DNA of 64,000 nt from the NCBI GenBank assembly GCA_000002435.2, contig CM018792.1; one strand, given 5' to 3'. The translations under genes and the position numbers were made by a program. A model generated the notes under the pieces. The model saw only the letters and a program-made list of their open reading frames with translations. It was not told where the DNA came from and did not search any database. The number at the start of each line of letters is the position of its first letter. Within the stretch, counting starts at the first letter, position 1. The stretch comes from Giardia intestinalis. Lineage: Eukaryota. Shown piece by piece: positions 10,188 through 19,258 of the stretch.

Positions 10188-13100
10188 TTAGTGTCCAGTA
10201 TCTGTTTTCGTCTGATCCACGAAAATAAACTTCTTTATAATAAGAACTTGCTCTCCGTTGATCTCCTTGAATCCATCCTCCTTGGTCTGGGTCCTGACGA
10301 TGTTTGTGCTAACAATAGCGACCTTCTTCTTGGACGGATCGGGGAGCGCGCTGTCTTTGATCTCGGGCACAAGGGAGTCGGCATAGGCCGAGGTGTACCC
10401 ATAAAGACTGACCTCTAAGCCGGTCCCACTAGTGCGCAGCCATTCCAAGACATCGTCCTGCTTAAAGTAGCTCGTCTTAAGATCCATGTAAATAGTTGAG
10501 TCGAGCGCAGGGTTTGGCGAGAGGTCTGAACTAGAGGCTGTCTGAAAGGTATAGCCCATGTCCAGTAACCTTCGGCGAAACTCATTTTCTTGATAAACGG
10601 AGAGGCGTTTTCCCTTCGGACGTCCAGCGTCCGGGTTGACAAACCATGGCATATGAATCACAGCGTGAACCTTCTTGCAGCACTGGGTGGGTACATTGTA
10701 CGCCTTCTTGAAGTAAGCAGCAATGGTCGTTACAGGGCTTTCGTTCTGAACCAAATTTGCAACATCACATGCGAGGCACTCGGCTCCGTGGTGTGAATAC
10801 CCCGAGCCCAGAAGTGAGAGCGATACATCAATGCTAGTGGCTGCCTTACCCGAGTAGTCATAAATCGGAACGGAAAAGACATCCGTCTCACACGTCTCGA
10901 GAAGACCCGACAGAGGGATACGCCCAACCCCGATAAGGTGAGTTAGGGTCTGGTTATAGATATCTGCCTCCAGATCGAAAGGAAACTCGTCATCATCCTC
11001 TAGATCCCTGTCTGCACTCTCATGTGCCCTGCGCACAGCCTCTTCCTTACCAAGAGTCATCGCAAGTCCGTACATGCGCCTCATGCCGGAGAGTCGCAGC
11101 CCAAATTTCTCTAGTGCCCAGACCTGTCTGATAAGCTTGCGATCCCTGGTTTTGCTGGGGGCAGCCGTGGCCGTCACCAAAATCTCTACGAGTATACCAC
11201 TCAGATCGTCATCAATCTGATCCGCTCGTAAGTCCTTCGTCATTGGATGATTTTTGGACATATTGCGAATGGTCTGACATCGAGCAGCCTGGCGTAGAGA
11301 CGTCGGACTGATAGATGTACGAGCTTGTGCAGCAAAGCGAATGTCATAACAAAAGTACTCTGCTATGGAATTCGCCTCGCAGATAAATGGATAGAGCTGA
11401 CGCAGCACCTCGTGAACCTTCTTTTCATAGGTGGTCCGCTCATCATCGTTTCCAAAATCTGCATAAAAGCTTTCATTGATGTCTGTCTGCACGTTATCTA
11501 AGCCAGGCGTAATTCCAAATGCATCGTCCATGGTAACGGAAACATTCTCCTTAGACACAGGATCATCTCCTATAGGTCTCTGTGCAGTGTCCTTCCCAGA
11601 GCTCTGATAATACGTGTATTCACGTAGTGCAAGATCATACGTTATCTCTGGCTCTACGTAGTCGTAATCCTGTTCCAGAGACTGTTTGACTGCAGCCGCA
11701 CGTGCAGGAGGATCGTAGTAACGATAGAAGGATGACTGGGCCGCAGACCCGCACTTGATACGGTCGCCGTGACGGAGCTGGTGAGTAGAACCAGCAGCTA
11801 TCTGCCTTCCATTGATGTAGAGAGCCCCTTTCGCGCTGAGGGGCCTTATAGTGGCTTCAGTGACTTTGGGAAAGATAGGATTAGCGGTTGAGTCAACGAC
11901 TTTGCCTGTCAAGGAAATAATAAAGTGCTCACCAAGCACACCGAGTTTGCTGACAAGGGCTATCCTGCACTGGCACTCTGTCGGCCCACTATCATCTGCA
12001 CCAACGACAACAGTAACAGGACGAGCATCTTTAAGATCATTCTCAGAACATAACGTATAAATTAGCTGGCCATTATCAGAAGCATTTGAGCTCAAATTGG
12101 ATATATACGGAGTGGTAATTTCTGACCCAAAAGCTGCCGCGAGGCCCATCTTTTTGAGCTTATCTTGTAGCTCTTGTCTGTTCTGCTCCGCTCTGGCTAG
12201 CTTCTCCTCTAGAGATTGATTCCCTTCCTTAAGAAGTCTGTCATACTCGGCTATCTTTGCTTCTAATTCTAAGCGCTCAGCATCAGACAGGCCTGGTTCT
12301 ACAGCACCTGCGTCCCCGGCGGGGGCGCCCCCGGCGAGGAGGGCCTCGAGCTCCTTGACGCGGTCCTCGAGCTCGCGGATGTACTTCTCCTGGGCAGACT
12401 CGTTCTTCGTGACGGTGTTCTCGATCTGGTGGGCGCGGTCTGCGTAGCGGAGGGTCGAGAGGCTCTCGTCGTAGTTCGTCGACGCAGGCGAGATCGCGGC
12501 GATCATGCACGTCATCGAGTTGCCCCCGAGCGCGGGCTGGAGGAGGTACGTCAGCTGGGAGTCGCGGTACGGGACGTGCTGGGGCTTCCGGCGGCCCTCC
12601 GCGGTCGTGTTGTACGCGAGCGCCTCGATGACGCGCCCGAGGGTCGTCAGGGACTTGTTGATGCTGATGCCCTCCGTCAGGCGGTCGCCCGTCGCGCCCG
12701 TCTTGCCCTGGCGCTCGGACCCCGCGAGGTCGACGAGGCTCACCCGGGCGCGCTTGACGTGGCGCCCGACCTCCTCGCCCGCGTCGTTCCGGAGGACCGC
12801 CGTCTGGACGACCTCGATCGCGAAGACGGAGTGCGAGCGCGAGCTCGTCGCGTTCATGTTCGTCGCCGCGACCGTCCGGTTCCGGTCCCCGAGCTCGATC
12901 AGGCGCTGGATCGCGTCGTAGTCGGCGACCGCGTGGTGGCTGAGGTTCTGGACGAAGACGCCCGCCGCGGGGTCCTGGCGGATCCGGAGCTCCTGGGCGC
13001 CCGCGGCGGGGACGAGGAGGTCCCGGAGCCGCTCGTTGTAGATCTCGAGGAACGAGACGGAGACCTGCGTCTCGGCGGGCGAGGCGGCGGCGCGGCGGAA

Positions 13101-13475
13101 GAGCTCGCGCCCGACCCGCGGGATGATCCCTGCGTCGGCCTCGCTCGCGGGCGCGCCCATCATCGAGTACGACTTCCCGGAGCCCGTCTGGCCGTACGCG
13201 AAGAGCGTGTAGTTGTAGCCCTCGAACGCGTTGTCGAGGACGCTCGGCCCGATGTCTGCGTAGACCGTGTCCTGGGTCGCGCACGGGCGGCTCGCGTCGT
13301 GGGACCAGTACGCGTGGTCGTAGACGAACGCCGCGTCGGGCTTCTTCGCGTCTGCGTCCCGGAGGACGACCTTCCCCCCGCCCGGCATGTCGACGCAGAG
13401 CCGCGCCGCCTCCCTCTTCTCGCGCGCGTTGAACGGCCGGACGCGCACCGCGACCTTGACCCCTGTCACCGGCAT
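10188..13475 (-). CDS. Kinesin-3 family motor protein (N-terminal motor, FHA-like domain, long tail)
   Basis: 1095 aa. P-loop GQTGSGKS, switch I NATSSRSHSVF, switch II LVDLAGSER, neck coiled coil. FHA-like block VVVGADDSGPTECQCRIALVSKLG...HFIISLTGKV...ALYINGRQIAAGSTHQLRHGDRI. ATG at 13475. First 390 or so codons are extremely GC3-rich. Confidence 0.85.
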   Translation of the reverse strand: MPVTGVKVAVRVRPFNAREKREAARLCVDMPGGGKVVLRDADAKKPDAAFVYDHAYWSHDASRPCATQDTVYADIGPSVLDNAFEGYNYTLFAYGQTGSGKSYSMMGAPASEADAGIIPRVGRELFRRAAASPAETQVSVSFLEIYNERLRDLLVPAAGAQELRIRQDPAAGVFVQNLSHHAVADYDAIQRLIELGDRNRTVAATNMNATSSRSHSVFAIEVVQTAVLRNDAGEEVGRHVKRARVSLVDLAGSERQGKTGATGDRLTEGISINKSLTTLGRVIEALAYNTTAEGRRKPQHVPYRDSQLTYLLQPALGGNSMTCMIAAISPASTNYDESLSTLRYADRAHQIENTVTKNESAQEKYIRELEDRVKELEALLAGGAPAGDAGAVEPGLSDAERLELEAKIAEYDRLLKEGNQSLEEKLARAEQNRQELQDKLKKMGLAAAFGSEITTPYISNLSSNASDNGQLIYTLCSENDLKDARPVTVVVGADDSGPTECQCRIALVSKLGVLGEHFIISLTGKVVDSTANPIFPKVTEATIRPLSAKGALYINGRQIAAGSTHQLRHGDRIKCGSAAQSSFYRYYDPPARAAAVKQSLEQDYDYVEPEITYDLALREYTYYQSSGKDTAQRPIGDDPVSKENVSVTMDDAFGITPGLDNVQTDINESFYADFGNDDERTTYEKKVHEVLRQLYPFICEANSIAEYFCYDIRFAAQARTSISPTSLRQAARCQTIRNMSKNHPMTKDLRADQIDDDLSGILVEILVTATAAPSKTRDRKLIRQVWALEKFGLRLSGMRRMYGLAMTLGKEEAVRRAHESADRDLEDDDEFPFDLEADIYNQTLTHLIGVGRIPLSGLLETCETDVFSVPIYDYSGKAATSIDVSLSLLGSGYSHHGAECLACDVANLVQNESPVTTIAAYFKKAYNVPTQCCKKVHAVIHMPWFVNPDAGRPKGKRLSVYQENEFRRRLLDMGYTFQTASSSDLSPNPALDSTIYMDLKTSYFKQDDVLEWLRTSGTGLEVSLYGYTSAYADSLVPEIKDSALPDPSKKKVAIVSTNIVRTQTKEDGFKEINGEQVLIIKKFIFVDQTKTDTGH

Positions 13476-13607
13476 TTCTTTTTTTACTGGTTCTAGTATA
13501 GGATGGTGTATAGGTCATGTAGGGTAGGGTAGGGTAAACACTTACCTCTAGACTACGATGCTCCATACTAGAGAGCTCGGATCCAAAAAATAGAATTCGA
13601 GCTCTTG
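13476..13607. promoter_or_regulatory. Bidirectional intergenic/promoter region between the divergent kinesin-3 and coiled-coil genes. AT-rich stretches abut both ATGs. Contains an imperfect 12-bp inverted repeat and (TAGGG)3.
   Basis: aaaaaaagaaATG on the minus side and ...gaattcgagctcttgATG on the plus side. GAGCTCGGATCC-aaaaaata-GAATTCGAGCTC at about 13573-13604. tctaga at about 13547. tagggtagggtaggg at about 13520-13534. Confidence 0.5.
13520..13534 (+). repeat. Interstitial telomere-like repeat (TAGGG)x3
   Basis: Exact tagggtagggtaggg. TAGGG is the Giardia telomeric unit. Confidence 0.6.
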
Positions 13608-16205
13608 ATGACAAGCGCGCTTCCCCGAACACCAGACCTAGCGTATCTTTCTGCAGATGCTCCCCGATCTGTTGAACGATTTCCAACTACTCAGGAGCCT
13701 CCCGAAAATCAGGCTATGAGGCAGTCGTCCAGTACACTTGTTGGTGGTCTCAATGCCAACGACTCAATGGCACGCAGCTCGACGAACTACATGGGAGAGT
13801 CTCAGCTGAATACTATTGAAAGTCTTCAGATGGAGGCACAGCGAAAGGACAAGCTTCTAGAGAAGCTCAACATACAGCTCAGAGAACGCGAAGAGCAACA
13901 TGACAGAGACATGGAGGCATTATCTGAAATGCAAGAGCTATTGGACAAGAAAGAAGAGCAAATAAGCGAGCTAGCTCTCGCTGTTAGCCAAAGAATGGAG
14001 GTACAGGCAGATAATGCATTGACAGAGAGTCTTACACTTAATGGCTGGGACATGCTTGATACAAATGATGGAGTGAAGGACCCCACCAATCAGGGCACAC
14101 AGAATCTTGGTGATAGCCTGGATCTGACTGTCAGTACTCCGCACTCTGCCCGCTCGGCAGGGCCACTAGAGGCAGACGCATTAAGGCACTCTATACGCAA
14201 ACTTCAGTTTCAGCTTACTCAACGCGATCGTCTGCACCTAGATACTGAGATTTCTAATCAAACTTATCGTGACGAGATCCAGCATTTAAAGGACGAAAAT
14301 TCCCAATATCAAACGCTGATCACCTCACAGGCCGATGAAATACAGATGCTACGCGAACAGCAGATAGGCGAGACAGAAGAACTAGCAGCAATGGAAGAAG
14401 AAATCTCTGTTCTTCGTACCACTCTAGCAGAGAAGCTGCAGCTCATAGAGTCCTTGACCGCTGAGGCGCAAGTTTCTAAGACGCAGCTCCTAGAAATGAA
14501 GGATGCTACGCTTCTCGTTCAGCATTCCGCAGATGTTGCCACAGCAGAAATAGAGACCGCAACAGAAGAAATCACGACCCTCCGCGTGGAGCTAGAGGCT
14601 GAGCGGCAAAAGGTAATTGATTTACAAGCTGCGCTTGACCACGAAAAGTTTGCATCCAAGCAGAAAACGCATGAATACACTGAGGTACTTACCAATCTTT
14701 CCCACTCTCACGGTGTTGTTAACTCTCTGGAAACGCAAATACAAGACATGGAGACACACGCTAGAATAAAGGACGAAGAGATTGAAGCCCTGCAGCTTAA
14801 GTGTAGGTCGCTTCAGCTGGAATTGGACGATACTCGCGCTCAACTAGAGAAGGCCATGAACAACGTAACAACCTTGGTACCAAACCTGTCTCCAGATGAG
14901 CTTGCAACAATATTGTCTGACAACAATAGGATGCTCAATATGCTCACAGACAATGCATCAGAAACAGAGGCATTGCTGGCTGCCAATGAGAAGCTTCAGG
15001 CTTCAAATGGAGAGCTAAAGAAGATGAATGCAGAACTTGTCGCCAGAATGGAGCATCTTTCAATTATGGATTCTGCAGAAACTTCGGAAGCAGCATCGAA
15101 TCAAGCCGCGCTTCTGGACGCAAAAAACAAAATGATCAATAAGTTAGAGGTAGAGCTGGACTCACTACGTCAGAAGTACCACTTGATGGAAAAATCCCTC
15201 AACGAACAGTTAGAGGCCGTCACTGTGGCCAAGGTGACACTGGATGCAGAGAATTCAAGGCTACGCACAGAGCTACAGAGCGTTGAGCCTCAGACCATGA
15301 GTAGTATGAACAGCGCCACAAGCATTAGCATTGCTGGGGGCCACTCCCCAGGCCGTGCTGGTAGCATATCATCACAGGTTATGGGATTGAACTCAGATAT
15401 TACACGCCTGCAAAATGAACTACGCCGCAAGGATGCTGAGATGGACAATATGAGTACGCAAATAGCAACCATCATGGAGGAAATACTATCGGTCCGCCAG
15501 GCCAACATGTCTCTGGAACAGGACGTGCAAGCCTTATCGCAAGAAGCTGAGTATCACAAAGGTCAGGCGTCCATGTTAGAGAAGACGCTTGCTCAGACAC
15601 GCGAGGAGCTCCGCATAACCTTGGACAAGACTCGCGTGGGAGAACTCATTGAGGCACTGAATGGGAAGACAGCAGAAGTCACTAAATTGATTCGCGTAAT
15701 CGAAGAAAAGAACTCGCAGATAAAGGACATGCAAATAGAGCTTGATGGAAGGGTACTAAGTGGTACGACCGGTAAGGTTATGCAGGCAACAATCAAGAAC
15801 CTTGAAGAAGAAATTCTGCGCCTCAACCAAGAATTGGAGCTTGTTGTTATCTCCAATGAAAGCCTGGAAAGCCGTCTACATAGCATGGGTGGGAGTATTG
15901 GACAGCCCCAGCCTCAGACACTGGCGGCCAAGATGCCTGTCAATTCAACTACAAATTTCCATGAGCGTGAAGACCATCTAGGCAGCGATGCATCCTCCGT
16001 CTCAGCAACCATAAGGATGCGTCAGCTCTCTGAAGAGGTGTTATCTCTCAAGGACACCATCGCTAATCTCACAACCACGCTGAAGCAGAAGGATGCACGC
16101 CTAGAAGAGGTATCGTCCGAGCTTTCAGTCAAGTATGTGGAGCTAGATAACATGAGGGGGCTTATTAAAAAGAAGAACGAACAACTTATGCAGCTGATGA
16201 AGTAA
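13608..16205 (+). CDS. Large coiled-coil protein (about 865 aa)
   Basis: ORF track starts at a TTG (13605). First ATG is at 13608. Heptad-rich, E/K/L/Q-rich throughout. No globular domain recognised. Confidence 0.6.
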   Translation: MTSALPRTPDLAYLSADAPRSVERFPTTQEPPENQAMRQSSSTLVGGLNANDSMARSSTNYMGESQLNTIESLQMEAQRKDKLLEKLNIQLREREEQHDRDMEALSEMQELLDKKEEQISELALAVSQRMEVQADNALTESLTLNGWDMLDTNDGVKDPTNQGTQNLGDSLDLTVSTPHSARSAGPLEADALRHSIRKLQFQLTQRDRLHLDTEISNQTYRDEIQHLKDENSQYQTLITSQADEIQMLREQQIGETEELAAMEEEISVLRTTLAEKLQLIESLTAEAQVSKTQLLEMKDATLLVQHSADVATAEIETATEEITTLRVELEAERQKVIDLQAALDHEKFASKQKTHEYTEVLTNLSHSHGVVNSLETQIQDMETHARIKDEEIEALQLKCRSLQLELDDTRAQLEKAMNNVTTLVPNLSPDELATILSDNNRMLNMLTDNASETEALLAANEKLQASNGELKKMNAELVARMEHLSIMDSAETSEAASNQAALLDAKNKMINKLEVELDSLRQKYHLMEKSLNEQLEAVTVAKVTLDAENSRLRTELQSVEPQTMSSMNSATSISIAGGHSPGRAGSISSQVMGLNSDITRLQNELRRKDAEMDNMSTQIATIMEEILSVRQANMSLEQDVQALSQEAEYHKGQASMLEKTLAQTREELRITLDKTRVGELIEALNGKTAEVTKLIRVIEEKNSQIKDMQIELDGRVLSGTTGKVMQATIKNLEEEILRLNQELELVVISNESLESRLHSMGGSIGQPQPQTLAAKMPVNSTTNFHEREDHLGSDASSVSATIRMRQLSEEVLSLKDTIANLTTTLKQKDARLEEVSSELSVKYVELDNMRGLIKKKNEQLMQLMK

Positions 16206-16289
16206 ATGCATAGAGCTGAGAGCTGTGTCTGATGCTTTAAATACCATTTATTCAGTTCAAAAATCTATTTTGGGAGTTGGCTAGATACC

Positions 16290-18722
16290 ATGAACGAGCC
16301 TCTCCGCGCGGCAGTTGATGCGGCCAATAAGTCAAGCATGACTCTTACCCTTAGCACAGACGATAATACTGAAGAGGCTACCTCAGAACACAGCTTCCCA
16401 GGATCAGTGCGCAGTGTAGAAAATCTCTTACTTAAGAGTCCAAAACATGGCAATCCAGATAGTGACGACCTCTCTCTTTCGCATCTTGAAGGCCACATTT
16501 TAAACTCCGAGCAGAAGGTTTCAGTCATACACTCTAGCTCTGGTGATAACAATAGTATCAATAATAGCGTAGGAGAGCGCTCAGAAGCTAACAGGGCCCC
16601 CGCAATTTTCAGCAATATTGAAGTAATTGAAGAAATTCATAGAAAAGCGCAGTCTACCCTTCTAAAATGTCTTCGAAGGGAAAATTCCTTTCTTAGAGTT
16701 GCCGCCTCACAACACCAAGAGTTTCATGGATGTAAGTCGCACTCTGAGCCTCAAGTATCAATGTCTAATGAGGCTGGACCTCTAGCTGATTGCTCAGAAT
16801 CCAAGAGGTCCTTGCAGACCAGCATGACGAAGAGCGCCATGCTTGCAGCATTGCAGGAGGAGCTAGAGGCTCTCTCTGCTTCTGCAAATCTATACAGACA
16901 AAAAGCAGTGCGCGCAGAAGAGCAGAGACGCCTTGCAGTTGCCGATCTGAACAAAGAAACAGGGAAACTAAAGATGCTAGAACAGGTCGTATTAGATAAA
17001 GACGCGGAAATACACAGACTGCTGGCTGAAAACCTAGAGGCTTCGAGGTTTATATCTGCAACCTCCAAGGGCATCCAAAAGAGCCCTTCAGTGTCCATGT
17101 CGACTACTAGTGCTCTTTCGTTGAACTCCACATCTCTAGACAAGCAGCTAGAAGCAGTCACACGGTACTCCAGTAAGATAGAAGACCAGCTACGCAATGC
17201 AGAGACAGAGCTCAAACTATATCGAGACTCAATAGAAGAGAAGGACCAGAAGATACTCGAGCTTAGCACCCTTGTTCAGCAGAAAACCGCCGAGGCGGAT
17301 GTGGTAAAAGAACAGCTTTTATCAGCTGAGGATCTCTTACGGGATCAGAAAGAAGCTGCAGCCAATTATAAAAATCTTTTCAGAGATAGATCTCGCGCTT
17401 TAGAGAAAACAACTTTTTTGTTGAATAGCAAGACTAATGAGCTTGATGTCGCAATGTCTCTGGCTTCAGAAATACAGAGAGATACAAATAACATAGCAGC
17501 CACCCTCACCTCCAAAGACCAACAGATTACAGAGCTGGAGGCACAGCTGTCCAAGGCATCCCGGGATTCCAAAGCACTTAAGGTGATGCAGCTCACATTA
17601 GCTAGCCAAGAGCGGCAGCTGAAGGCAAATGATGAGAGCATCAGCAATTTGGAGGCCCAAATCCTAGCCAAGAACAACCTTATCCGCACGCTGACGAGTA
17701 CAGTTGATGCGCGAGACGCCTCCATAAAGGATCTTGAGCAGCGGCTATTAACTATGCACTCGTCCGCCACATCCTCTAGCCTTGCAATTGTTTCAGCAGA
17801 AAAGCAGTCCCTAGAGTATAAGCAACATGTAGACAAGCTCGTAGAAGAAATCAAGACATATAAGGAAGAGCTACGGAAGCAACAGGAGGAGAATACGCTC
17901 CTTAAGCGACAGCTTAGTGAAATCGACCAGCTAGAAGAGCAGCGCTTAAAGCAATCTTCACAATTAATTGTGGCATATAAAAGAAAAGAGGACGACTTGG
18001 CCACAGTGCTTCAAGCTCTAGCTGATTTTGAGAAGAAGTACGCTGATGTAGCACTGCTGGCAGCAGAGCGAGACGCGGAGGTGCAGCGTTTAAAGCAATT
18101 AGTTTTAGAGAAGGATAGTGAAATTGTAGAGTTAGTGGCCAACAATGGGCTGACCCAGCTCGAGGCTTCACGACTCCAGACCGAAATAGCTGCTTTAAGG
18201 GGAGCGGCAGAAGAAGTTCGACGGTGTAACACTATTTCTGAACTGTTTTGTGAGCGCATATCTCGTATTTCCAGGGTCCTTTCGGTCTCCCAGTCAGCTG
18301 AGGCATTTCTGACCTCGAAGCCCCTCCAGGATGAGACGGAAAACCCCAATTCAGGTGCTTCGTTGGCCCTAGCACCAATTAACGAACTGACTGCAGCCAT
18401 AACAGCGTTCGTGCAGCGAATTCAGAAAGAGTTTTCTCAATCTTTGTCCACTATCGATGTTAAATCTGTTGCTCAGATTGATGCCTGCGTTAACACAATA
18501 ACCGACACCCCTGTGCAACAGACCTGTCCCATACGCTGCTCCACAGAGGAGCGGGGCGTCCAAAGTATGGCTCCCAGTTCTCCTTGTATCCGAGACAATA
18601 GTGAGCTGGAACGCCTTTTGTGTGTCATTAGTGAGAAAGATAGAGAACTGGTATCTCTTAGAGACATAATAATATGCAAGAATGAACAGATTCGACGCCT
18701 TTTAGAGGATGCTGAGTATTAG
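16290..18722 (+). CDS. Large coiled-coil protein (810 aa)
   Basis: ATG at 16290 after an 84-bp AT-rich spacer. Long heptad-repeat regions. Confidence 0.6.
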   Translation: MNEPLRAAVDAANKSSMTLTLSTDDNTEEATSEHSFPGSVRSVENLLLKSPKHGNPDSDDLSLSHLEGHILNSEQKVSVIHSSSGDNNSINNSVGERSEANRAPAIFSNIEVIEEIHRKAQSTLLKCLRRENSFLRVAASQHQEFHGCKSHSEPQVSMSNEAGPLADCSESKRSLQTSMTKSAMLAALQEELEALSASANLYRQKAVRAEEQRRLAVADLNKETGKLKMLEQVVLDKDAEIHRLLAENLEASRFISATSKGIQKSPSVSMSTTSALSLNSTSLDKQLEAVTRYSSKIEDQLRNAETELKLYRDSIEEKDQKILELSTLVQQKTAEADVVKEQLLSAEDLLRDQKEAAANYKNLFRDRSRALEKTTFLLNSKTNELDVAMSLASEIQRDTNNIAATLTSKDQQITELEAQLSKASRDSKALKVMQLTLASQERQLKANDESISNLEAQILAKNNLIRTLTSTVDARDASIKDLEQRLLTMHSSATSSSLAIVSAEKQSLEYKQHVDKLVEEIKTYKEELRKQQEENTLLKRQLSEIDQLEEQRLKQSSQLIVAYKRKEDDLATVLQALADFEKKYADVALLAAERDAEVQRLKQLVLEKDSEIVELVANNGLTQLEASRLQTEIAALRGAAEEVRRCNTISELFCERISRISRVLSVSQSAEAFLTSKPLQDETENPNSGASLALAPINELTAAITAFVQRIQKEFSQSLSTIDVKSVAQIDACVNTITDTPVQQTCPIRCSTEERGVQSMAPSSPCIRDNSELERLLCVISEKDRELVSLRDIIICKNEQIRRLLEDAEY

Positions 18723-19258
18723 ACGCACTTAGAACTCTCGGATTCCGACCTCTCAAATTATTGTCGAAGCTATGTGCTTAACTTTTATGACGTAGATTGG
18801 CACATGGCTTCTCAACTTTATGGATAAAAATATACAATCCTTCTCTAAACTACTTGGACTATGTACTTTAGGCATCCAGCACACGATCAATCTAGGATCA
18901 GATGCAGGTAGGTGCATGGACTTCATCGCAGCGCTCACCAAGAAGGGCCAAGTTGAAGGCGGTGTGTAACCTCTAATTTTATTTTTCAAATCTCTTTTAT
19001 GACTTTAGTTTTTTAAATCGACTAGTGTAAATTAGTATAGGAAATCAGAGTATTATCGACGCAAGGCACCTCCTCCGTATCTACGTTGTACTATGAAAGA
19101 CAATGCACTCTGTACAGTTTGTCATAAAGCGAGCACCTCATCCGCAAGCAGTATCTCCTCACAGGTGTACCTTTCTATTACAATGGTGTTGTCACGAAAG
19201 ACCTTCTCGATAACATATAATATTCGTTGACCGAGTTCTATAAAGATAAAAGAGTGTA

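Noticed and set aside
10182-10188. Annotating AGTGAAC and AGTGAAT as polyadenylation signals for every gene
   Set aside because: An AGTRAAY-like heptamer is visible at the kinesin stop and 15 nt after the stop at 22366. Most other 3' ends in the window lack a clear match, so I did not list poly(A) signals as features.
12283-13686. Long ORFs in other frames or on the other strand across the GC-rich block (12283..13686 -, 467 aa; 12429..13496 +, 355 aa; 12505..12921 +), encoding Arg/Pro/Gly/Asp-rich low-complexity peptides
   Set aside because: Expected artefact of about 75% GC, where stop codons are rare in all frames. They overlap a well-supported kinesin motor CDS and run through the AT-rich promoter without start context.
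16751-18400. Antisense ORFs of 130-210 aa inside coiled-coil genes (for example 16751..17269 -, 17366..18004 -, 18011..18400 -, 37484..38023 +, 48265..48876 -, 24251..24664 -)
   Set aside because: Coiled-coil genes rich in GAG/AAG/CTC/CAG codons have stop-poor reverse complements. The translated products are Ser/Cys/Leu-rich nonsense that always lies inside a longer, better ORF.
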